From Octopus sinensis (Eukaryota): 64,000 nucleotides of DNA. Position numbers and translations under genes: made by a program. A model generated the notes under the pieces. That model was given only the letters and a program-made list of their open reading frames with translations, did no database searches and had not been told where the DNA came from. The DNA is taken from positions 10,850,001-10,914,000 of the forward strand of contig NC_042998.1 in assembly GCF_006345805.1 (NCBI RefSeq), written 5' to 3'. Position 1 is the stretch's first letter; every line of letters starts with the position of its first letter. Positions 53,451 through 64,000 of this stretch are shown one piece after another.

Positions 53451-54976
53451 GTGCGTAAGTATAGATTTTTTGCTCATTGGAATATGGCTATGACGGGATG
53501 TTACATTCAGTAGATTTTACAACCGTATTTATTTCATCGTTAGATTTTATTGTTTTATATTTATCAATAGGCTGCTACACTTTTCGTCACATCACCAGGT
53601 TTTGCAGATGAAAACATAAGCAAGTACCATTTGGGACGAACGTACAAACACACGAATACGTACGTATATACATGTGTGTATGAATGTGTGTGTATGTATG
53701 CTTGTGTGTGTATGTGTGCGTGTATGTATGTGTGCATCTGCGCATACGTGCATGTGTGTTTTTGGTGGTGGTGGGGAACGTACATAAAAAGCGCAGAAAA
53801 TGTTCATGCGGTTTTCTCCAAACGGATTGACCTGTTGCGCAATGTGGTTGGAACTCTCCCTAAATATTGTCAGCAAAAAATACAATACAGTATTTCTTGC
53901 ATGCCCTTATGTATTCCAGTCATGCATATCGTGGGTAAGTGAATAGGTTAATAGAATAGAAGTGGACAGAGTGTAAGATAATAGGAAAATGCTAAGAGAG
54001 TAACCATAAATGAGGAGGTGGAAAACAGTCGAGGACACGCCCACGCTCACACACATACAAGTCACATGAACACACACACACCTACACAAACATCATCTAT
54101 ATAAACTGGGAGAAATGAGGAGAAATAGGGGTCGATGCAGTAGTAAACAGAACAACAATAACAGTTAATGATATGTATCAAATTGTGAAAGCAAGATAAT
54201 ATATTTGCTCTTCTTGACATTTTTATGGTATTCAGATCAAACTCTTTCCGGTGTGGTAGATATAGCCCTCAGCCAGTGCATTTGTAAACGAGTCTGTAAA
54301 TCAGTTTTATTCGCAGACACACACGCAGGTACACGCACTCAAAGACACTGCACAACACACATATGCATTCGGGGACACAAACACTCGCCTATATGTATAG
54401 AAACACACATGTGTAGCCTTGCATACACACATGCAGCCACACACACGCATACACATATATACACATTCTAGCACAAATACACAAGCACGCACCTATATAT
54501 ACATATTGACAATCTTGGGCGTAGTCCCATATACTCGTACGTGCTCAGGCATACACACGTGCATATGCCATCGCACAACTGTATACATATACACGCAGAG
54601 GCAAGCATGTTGTATAACGACTCCAGGTGCTCTCAAACCCTCCAGGTGTTCTTAAACTGCATGGAGTATAGCAAAGGGGTGTGGAACTCTTTATTGAGAT
54701 CAAATCTTTTGGTAATGTGTCGTGCCTTCCAACAAGCACACGCACAGACACACACACACACACAACGCTTGTTGTATGTTATTTTTTACTGAACGGGTAT
54801 ATGTTATTATTATTCACTACAACTGGGAAGACAAGAGTCTTCACATCTAGCCATGCCGTCAGAGGTGAATAAAGACCAAAAGTCCTCTTGCTCAGTTGTA
54901 ACATTGATTGCTTCTTATTGGAGGTTTCTGCGATCATTCCCTAATTGGAATCTATCTATCTATATATATATATATA

Positions 54977-55011
<35 letters not shown>

Positions 55012-55032
55012 ATCTCTATCTTTCTTTCTTTC

Positions 55033-55079
<47 letters not shown>

Positions 55080-55346
55080 GATACATAAATACATACATAC
55101 ATATGTAGACATGAATATAGTGAAAAGTATGGATAGATATTTTCCTACGTGGTGAATTGTTGTGAAGAATATAAAAAGAAGCAAAACGCATCGAAATTTT
55201 GTGTTGGACAAAATATACATATACATTTTTTATGAAATAAAATAGTTACATAGTCGACCGGTTTTGCTTCCACTAATCATGACATCATGACTAAGAAGTT
55301 AGTGGTAATGTTACAATTTCATGCTATCATAAGATGTTTTCATTCC

Positions 55347-55423
<77 letters not shown>

Positions 55424-55530
55424 TGTATGTATGTATGTATGTATGTATGTATGTAGGTATGTATGTATGTATGCATGTATGTGTGTGTGTATGTGTGTCT
55501 GCGCAAATATGAATTAGAAGCTCGCGGCAT

Positions 55531-56247
55531 AAAAACAAAATCAAGCACACATTCACAAGGTATGTGTGTAGTTAGTTCGTGGGTCGGCTGCGGTTTTTAT
55601 GCGAAAAAGAATATATTCTTTATGCAACTGGTGTAATTGCGACTGAAAGTAATTCATAGTCAAGTGAAACAACTCACATAGATCCCTTCTCGGAGCGACA
55701 AACATCGATGTTTCGTCATTATTTTGACTTATCAATGCCGCATGCCGAACAAGCCCTGCTGCAAGCCATATCGCCGACTATGTCTACAGAGTTTCTTTAT
55801 ACCAGACGCATAGAGAATGCATTCTCTTACACCAAAAAACCGCAGTCGACCAACAAACAAACAACACACATACCTTGTATGTGTGAGTTCGATTATGTTT
55901 ATATAACTCGTCTTGCTTCTAATTCATATTTTCCGTGGCATGAAACGTTGGAACATGCCAGGAGATGGTGTTTAAACCATTTAGCATTTAGTCAGAGTCG
56001 GCGATATGGGTTGCAGTGGGCCTTGTTCGGTAAGCGACATTGATAAGTGAAAACAATGACGAGATATCGAAGTCTGTCGCTCGAAAAAGGGACCTATTTA
56101 AGTTGTCTGGCTTGACTATGACTTACTTTCAGGTATTTTCACACCAGATGTATAGAGAGTATGTTCTTTTACGCTTAAAATTCGCTGCCGACCCACGAAC
56201 TGACAACATACATACCTTGCGTATGTGTGTTCAATTTTGTTTAAACA
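55531..56247. mobile_element. Long-TIR fold-back element (~255-bp diverged arms) with a third terminal copy in the spacer
   Basis: 55531-55786 is inverted relative to 55989-56247; paralogous spurious ORFs MISQNNDET.../MISENNDEI... on opposite strands; 55795-55905 repeats the right end. Confidence 0.75.
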
Positions 56248-56418
56248 TATATATATATTTATATATATCTGTAATATAATATGTGACAATTATTTGGTTG
56301 CCATTATAAAACTCCAAGTTTCGGATGTCGGGGTGGAAACCTGCACCGGCATCTCTTTAGTTATCGAGGCAATCAATCTATATATATGTATGTATGTATA
56401 TATATATATATAATATAT

Positions 56419-56483
<65 letters not shown>

Positions 56484-56489
<6 letters not shown>

Positions 56490-57915
56490 AGTGAATTGAA
56501 GAAATGGAGCTGAACGAAGATTGAACAGAAATCGTTTTATTTGATTCTACACGTGTTTCGAAAGGCACAATTTACCAAATTCCGATTGAATAATGAGACC
56601 ATATTGTGTCTTTCTCTTCAGGAAGAAATAGGAAATCCGTTGGAAAAAACAAAAACAGAACAGAGGCGGAGCAAAACAAATCGAACTAGGCTCCTAAGAG
56701 CCCATGGCCAAACTGTTTATCAGTGTATGTTGAAAACGGGTGGTGGGTGCGTTGAAGATTTTAACGGGTCAGGCAGCGGTCATTCCGGTGGGTGAGGGCA
56801 CGGGGTGTGTAGATGTTCTTTGTGACCGAGAGTAAAGTTCTGACTATTTTAAGAATATTAGGTGTATTATATGGGGCGAGCCAAAATCTACTTAGAGACA
56901 TGTGTGTGTTTACTGTTCTATATATGTGTGCGGGCGCAGGTTGGTAAGAAGCGCTACATTCTGGTCAAGGGGTAGAAAACATTTTATGTGTACGTGTGTG
57001 CGTTTGATCGCGCGGCTGTCAGTTGGTAAACAGCTCTACACAATGGTCACTGCTGTGAAATCCGTCGGGCGGCAGAAAAATATTTTATGTGTGCGTGTGT
57101 TCGTCTAATCATGCCTTGTCAAAGAAACCCCCCGTCGTCAAAAACAAAGCCCCATTCATCTCACAGGAGTAATTCCCCTTGCAATGGTTAATCATATTTC
57201 TCTTAAAGGCTTTTTCAGAATTTATTACCAAGGGCTATTTTCATATAAGTAGTGTAACCGGGTGCAGGTATTATTTATAAGCGTTATTTATAAGCAAGAT
57301 AAGTATAACGCCGCCAATGGGGGCATCGAAAAGCCGACTGTAAAAGTCCGTTTACCATCCGGTCTCTGGCGAACAATATATGGAAGAGTTCGGAGACACA
57401 AAGGTTGCACTTCCTTCTGCCCCTATCAAATGGGAGGGCCACCGACAAAATTGACCATTCCAGCCTGTAGCTTGAGTTCGTATTCTTCAATCGCCATATT
57501 AGCTTGCTAAGTCCCGTGGTCTGGCGTTTATTCATGTCTCGAAAAGTTGCGTAATGGTTGGAGATTCGTAAAGCCAATCTTGACGATGAGGCCCCGACAT
57601 AAGCGTAGACATATGAGTCCGTGTAAACCTTGCATTGGTAGACGGCGTTTCTGATCTTGGAGTTCGCCGACGTGAATCTTATTCTGCTAGGATTAGTTTC
57701 TGAAATTAGAACTGCGTTACTGTCACTATATATATCTTTGTTTTCTTCAATTCACTAATAATATTAAAATTCAATTATCCGCACCAACGCACGGTTGCAA
57801 CACCATATGGTTGTACCTCCAACCGTGCTGTCTTCTGCTGTGATTTTTGCTACCAAGGTATCGGTTAAACTTTTGATTAATCTGCAACAAGATTATTCAT
57901 CTTTCTATTTCACAT
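56484..57915 (-). mobile_element. 5'-truncated Penelope-like element (GIY-YIG C-terminus plus pLTR) with an inverted pLTR piece
   Basis: NAVYQCKV....YVGASSSRLALRISNHYATF...LSKLIWRLK...CNLCVSE...RCPH; ATTATTAGTGAATTGAAGAAA at 56484 recurs inverted at ~57743-57763; (TA)n on both sides. Confidence 0.88.
56545..56624 (-). ncRNA. Type I hammerhead ribozyme in the PLE pLTR
   Basis: TTC-CTGAAGA-GAAAG.CACAAT(loop)ATTGTG.CTTTC-GAA-ACACGTGT-A-GAA: canonical core, G10.1-C11.1, palindromic stem III, GUA triplet. Confidence 0.8.
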
Positions 57916-57916
57916 A

Positions 57917-57949
<33 letters not shown>

Positions 57950-57954
57950 TACCT

Positions 57955-58006
<52 letters not shown>

Positions 58007-59249
58007 TTGTTACCTCCTCTTCTCCTTTTCTTCTATTTTTTCTCCGAGTTAATCACTTCCAATCTATCAATCTATTTCTTGCTCATTACATTCAAACATT
58101 TCATTTCTCTCCATCAAATGTTAGATTTCTTTTCTTCACAGCACATGATGTATATTGCGAACGTTTCCTGTAATAAAAACGGTCCTGTAAATATATGCAT
58201 CACTGGATGACCATTTGTGTGCGCACGTGCACCTGTGTGTATGTATGTGTAGGAGGAGTGCGTGGGTGGTTAGGTATCTGTGAAGGAGAGTGGAGAGAAT
58301 GGAAGACAGACTGAAAGAGAGACAAGGGGACAGACATTTGAAAAAATACAAAGTGAAATCGTGTTAGCTAGTGTGAGAAATGAGTATAAATAACCGACTA
58401 GAGATAGAAAGAAGGGAACAGGAACTGCTGTTGAGAGAACGGAATCGCTTAATTTCATAGACACTTTGAAAAAGTTAGAAACATTAACTAAAAACAAAAA
58501 AATTGAATGTCACGTCTCATTTTATGAAAATTGTTGCTTCATTATTAAGTTGCATGGTGACATTGATGTAGTGTTAATCTGTCGGAAAGCGTAGGCGCAA
58601 AGTGCTTAGATGAAAAGTTTGGTTCTCGATAAGAACAACTGATCAAAAGTTTAGTGTAGTTTTTTGACGCGAATATCAAGGAGTAAGGAGGGAATAAGCG
58701 ATTGATGTATTGTGTAAACATAGTAGAAAGTTGTATACACCAAGCCAAGTCAGAAAAAAAAAACTAAACTATCATAGTAGCATTAGGTGAGACATGGAGA
58801 AGAACGGTTGCAAGATTTTAATGTGCGAATCAATGCCAATCAACGGGATATCCTACTTTTGAAAGCACCTGGATTGTTTGCAATAACAGTGTCATCCTAA
58901 ATATATGAGCAACACTCAGCAGTACTCACACTTGTCATTTGTAAGTTAGCAATAAAGTCAGTACATTTTCTGGATATACATTTAGTAATACTTAACTTAC
59001 CTGATTGACACAAAATGCAGGAAGAACATTACGTTTAGACTTTCTAGAGACTTTTAGGGTTTTAGCCGTCTGTTGTTCCCAGAAATCGAGCATGTTACAT
59101 TGCTACATTGTTTCCTTGTTTTGTTGCAATCATATTATGGCGCTGTTATACACTCTAGATTCTAAGGTCATCCTTTGCAGTGAAGCAGGTAAAATACAGC
59201 CTCATGTGAAGGATGAATAGTTTATATAGAGATATATGCTGTTAAAAAT

Positions 59250-59620
59250 AGCAGTGAGAAAGGTTATACATAGAAGTGTTTGGAAGAAAGGGAAACACTG
59301 GGATTAATAAAGCACAGGGAGCAGAGAAACCTGTTGACAATTTATTGATGATGTATCTACATGGAAATTCTAGCTATTCTTGGAGCATTCACCCTATACA
59401 CGTTAGGGTAACTATCTGAGGTCAAAAGCTCACACTACTTTCGTCGAAGTTCTGATGAGTTATAACCATGGAAAAGTGACATACAAGGAAATTGGAGTCT
59501 CTGAAATCGGTTCAGTAGTCCCTCAGAGAGTAAACTGTTTTCGACTGCTTCCATTAAATTTGTGGAAACGTGATTGGACTAGGTTGTGATTTGACAGTGT
59601 AAAATCAAATTATTGCCTTT
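59250..59620 (-). mobile_element. Possible LINE RT relic
   Basis: Weak broken motifs (STNLMEAV, AFD.R); low confidence. Confidence 0.3.
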
Positions 59621-61577
59621 GGGGAAAGGTATAAATTGAGGATGGTGAGTATAGGGATGAAGGGTCCATGTTTTCAGTATTTAGGACAAAATTCACTTAC
59701 AGAAATTGGAATCATATGGAAGCATGGAAGCCAATCCTACATACGATTTTTTTTGTTACATCAAATAGAATACAATCATGACCGGGGGTCTTACTAGGAA
59801 TGATCAAAGAAGCATCCAGACCTGGTTTGGTGAGTAGAAATGGCGGAGTTTTATGAAGGAAATTCTTAGTAACTAAGAGGGTGATATTAAGGTTGAAACA
59901 TTTGCTATGAAGAGTAATTAATGTAGAAATGACTTAAAATGTCTTAAAGTAAGTAGAATGATAAAAGGTATGTTGAATTTAAGTAGTGATTATATTATCC
60001 GATGGAACCAGGTCCAGTGGGCAAAGAAAATGGTTGCGAATAGAGGTAAGAAAAACGTGAAGAGTGTTGGGAGATTGGATGGGTTAGTTAGTATTGTGAG
60101 TGCGCTAATAATCCAATGCTAACAGTTCAGGATGTCAAATGATTCAGCTTGTATTAATATTTTCCACGTGCAAAGAATGTTAGGGTTCGGAGGAGCTGTG
60201 AGCTTTGACGTCAGTGAGTATGACGACTTCAAATGTAGGTTTCTCGATGTCGTTCAACATCGAGAACTGTTCATAGCTGTAGAAATAGCAAATGAACAGA
60301 AATAGGAATTGCGAAATGCCATTTTGTTGCTGAGGTACTTGTGACAGAAACACATTTTGATTGAGTTAGCGCTGACGATGAAATATGTATGTGTCTGATA
60401 AAAACAGTATTTATGGATTGTCAGTAGTTCTCGGTTTTTCCTTATCTCCTCTGACTGAGAGAATCTACGAATCAACAACGAATATACAGACATAAGTAAT
60501 AAATTGCTATTGTTTTACCCTAGGTCAGCTCTGCTTAACTGGATCTATTATTAAAAGCATTCCAGCCATAACCGGTCTTGTTTTATCTATATGTAGGATT
60601 ATGTTCTTGAAACCGCCTTCCTTTGAAGGACAGTTCTCACTTTAGTTCTATTACTTGTTTCAGTCATTGGACAACGGCCATGCGAGTAAAATTGGGAAAG
60701 GATAATCGGAAAATACATCAATACTTATTTTAAGTTTGCTATTATTCTATGTCTCCCATTTACCGAAACGCTAAGTTACGGGATTGTAAACAAATACTGG
60801 TTGTCAAGTGTGGGGTTCAACTCAGACACACACGCATACACGCCCCCCCCGCGCACACACACGCACCACACACATATATATAAGGGTGGTGTTTGTGCGT
60901 GTGTGTGTATGTGTGTATGTTGTGTATGTGTGTGTATGTCATGTGTGTGTGTGTGTATGCATGCATATATTGTCGGGACTGTCACAGTTTCAGTAGGAAA
61001 CCCACTCACAAGAAAACGCACGGTTATAGTCTGTAGTAGAAAACACTTACATAGATGCTGTGCAGAAGGATTGAACCCGAAAGAACATGGATTCCCAGCA
61101 AACTCTGTAGCTACACAGTCACGCTGAATGGAATGGAACTTGTTTGCTTTTTCTAGCGGATCGGGTTACCACGTAAATCATTTTATGCAAATTACACTAT
61201 GACGTCATGAATTTCTACGTATACAGAGAGCACAGGATTGGTGTAATCGTCAGAGCATCATGAAAGTGTTCGGCACTATTTCGTTGCTCCACTGTTCGTT
61301 CTGAGTAAGAATTTAGCTGAGAACATGGATCTAATGCTGAAGTGCGTAGCTTTATGGTGAGTTGCAAAATCGACAAAGGGTTCAATGAAATACTTTGTGG
61401 TCTAGTTACAGGCAAGGATGTATAGATAACACGTTTGCTTCGTAATTACCAGGCTCCGGTTTCAATCCGACTGCACGGTATCTTGGACAATCCTCTTGGA
61501 TTGCCTAATAGTACTTGTGAACGGAATTTGACAATTCCGTGTATGCATGTATGTATGTATGTATGTATGTATTTATG

Positions 61578-61635
<58 letters not shown>

Positions 61636-61673
61636 CCCGTTTCTCTGTCTGTCTGTCTCTCTCTCTTTCTCTC

Positions 61674-61714
<41 letters not shown>

Positions 61715-61728
<14 letters not shown>

Positions 61729-62103
61729 GCATACATGCCCATGTTTGCCTGATTGCGTGTATGCATGTGTGTGTTTGTGCACGCTTATAATATATATATA
61801 CCTACACGGTGTAAATAACTTACAAACTAACTTCTTGAGTTATTGAAATACCTAGAACTGATATACCATTAAAGAAAAAGGAGTTTGATTGTCTGAAGAC
61901 AACAGGAACTTCAGGACACACCAGCCATATCAACAAGTTCGTTTGATTGTCGAAAGACAACAGAGTACATGTTTCTACCTCAATAGCCGACATCAACGCA
62001 TCAATTGTATCAACCTGCCTACAGCAGACGGGACACATTAATGGCCCGGGTAATTTGCATAAGAGAAATAAACCAATGAGTGAGTGGTGTGTGTGTGTGT
62101 GTG

Positions 62104-62134
<31 letters not shown>

Positions 62135-62449
62135 AGTGTGTGTGTTTGAGTGTATGTACATTTGTTTGACACAATGCAACTGGTAAGGACAAACATACAA
62201 AGAAATAAATTAAGTTTTGTGCAAAACGGAAACCTATACTTAAGTTTTTTTCAGAAGAATAAACGGATAAAAGAAGTAAGAGTCCCAAATAATACCATAG
62301 TCAATCGCATTATTCACGGTATTTATGACTCAATATGGTCGCCTGCCAATGATTGCAATAATACAAAGAAAACATTCGTATTTTATTTCCTCATATATCT
62401 ATGTGTGTGTATGTATATATATATACACATACACACACACACACACATA

Positions 62450-62480
<31 letters not shown>

Positions 62481-62881
62481 ATATATAATATATATATATA
62501 TTATATATATATATATATATATTTATATATGCATACATGCCCATGTTTGCCTGATTGCGTGTATGCATGTGTGTGTTTGTGCACGCTTATAATATATATA
62601 TACATACACGGTGTAAATAACTTACAAACTAACTTCTTGAGTTATTGAAATACCTAGAACTGATATACCATTAAAGAAAAAGGAGTTTGATTGTCTGAAG
62701 ACAACAGGAACTTCAGGACACACCAGCCATATCAACAAGTTCGTTTGATTGTCGAAAGACAACAGAGTACATGTTTCTACCTCAATAGCCGACATCAACG
62801 CATCAATTGTATCAACCTGCCTACAGCAGACGGGACACATTAATGGCCCGGGTAATTTGCATAAGAGAAATAAACCAATGA

Positions 62882-62938
<57 letters not shown>

Positions 62939-63235
62939 AGTGTGTGTGTTTGAGTGTATGTACATTTGTTTGACACAATGCAACTGGTAAGGACAAACAT
63001 ACAAAAGAAATAAATTAAGTTTTGTGCAAAACGGAAACCTATACTTAAGTTTTTTTCAGAAGAATAAACGGATAAAAGAAGTAAGAGTCCCAAATAATAC
63101 CATAGTCAATCGCATTATTCACGGTATTTATGACTCAATATGGTCGCCTGCCAATGATTGCAATAATACAAAGAAAACATTCGTATTTTATTTCCTCATA
63201 TATCTATGTGTGTGTATGTATATATATATACACAT

Positions 63236-63300
<65 letters not shown>
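61715..63300. repeat. ~802-bp head-to-tail duplication
   Basis: Unique sequence of 61721-62460 is repeated at 62523-63260; embedded microsatellites differ in length. Confidence 0.95.
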
Positions 63301-63309
<9 letters not shown>

Positions 63310-63358
63310 ATGTTATGCATGTATGAAACATACATACATACACAAACACACATATATA

Positions 63359-63768
63359 GGCGCAGGAGTGGCTATGTGGTAAGTAGTTTGTCTACCAACC
63401 ACATGGTTCCGGGTTCAGTCCCACTGCGTGGCATCTTGGGCAAGTGTCTTCTGCTATAGCCTCGGGCCGACCAAAGCCTTGTGAGTGGATTTGGTAGACG
63501 GAAACTGAAAGAAGGCCGTCGTATATATGTATGTATATGTATATATGCGTGTGTGTGTTTGTGTGTGTGTGTTTGTCCCCCTAGCATTGCTTAACAACCG
63601 ATGCTGGTGTGTTCATGTCCCCGTTACTTAGCGGTTCGGCAAAAGAGACCGATAGAATAAGTACTGGGCTTACAAAAGAATAAGTCCCGGGGTCGAGTTG
63701 CTCGATTAAAGGCGGTGCTCCAGCATGGTCGCAGCAAATGACTGAAACAAGTAAAAGAGTAAAGAGTA
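63359..63768 (+). mobile_element. SINE family D, full length
   Basis: GGCGCAGGAGTGGCTATGTGG head, internal microsatellite, GTAAAAGAGTAAAGAGTA tail. Confidence 0.9.
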
Positions 63769-63770
63769 TG

Positions 63771-64000
63771 CAGTGGTGGACTGGGCCCCTGCGTCATTTG
63801 AATCCATGTATGGGAGCCTTAGTAGCTAAGGGGCCCATTCCCTCAAGTTTGAGGATTTTTTTTATTCACTCCTGGAAGAAAGCATTAATTATTTCAGCCT
63901 GGCTGTGTTTGTAGACAGGTGAAAAGAATAATTTTAATACGAAAAAAAAATGATACATTGTAGTTACAGGTGCGCCCCTTGTGGTTGCGCGTGGCCCCTC
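63771..64000 (+). mobile_element. Possible DNA transposon/MITE left end
   Basis: Starts CAGTGGTGGACTGGGCCCC immediately after the SINE tail; other end outside window. Confidence 0.35.

Noticed and set aside
56306-56364. Minus-strand CTAAAGA-GATG...CATC-CGAAAC motif
   Set aside because: Core G5 and the cleavage triplet are both wrong; possibly a decayed HHR but not supportable
59452-59480. CTGATGAG...GGAAA possible hammerhead
   Set aside because: No stem II adjacent to GAAA, and no stem III, NUH site or stem I
61820-62200. 126-aa ORF and its duplicate at 62622-62996
   Set aside because: Begins in a microsatellite, has no recognisable domain, and recurs only because of the tandem duplication

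Overview
Eukaryotic, AT-rich, repeat-saturated DNA. I could not identify any host protein-coding exon, rRNA, true tRNA gene or CRISPR array. Microsatellite density and the tRNA-derived SINE families suggest an octopus/cephalopod genome (inference only). Nearly all long ORFs in the track are translated microsatellites. The recognisable content is decayed transposons: CR1/L2-type, Tx1/L1-type and R4/Dong-type LINEs, two Penelope-like elements (PLEs), mariner/Tc1, hAT and pogo-type MITEs, Helitrons and four SINE families. The main unexplained signal is a cluster of hammerhead ribozyme (HHR) motifs from several unrelated sequence families, found by manual folding. The best case is a non-coding ~470-bp tandem array with an inverted copy (27639-29193). 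It carries a type I HHR with an unusually long stem II in each complete unit and is a candidate retrozyme/circRNA source. This locus and four others share one architecture: two 5'-truncated copies joined head-to-head, each 3' end anchored in (TA)n. All structures were derived by eye; none was computationally folded, searched or tested.
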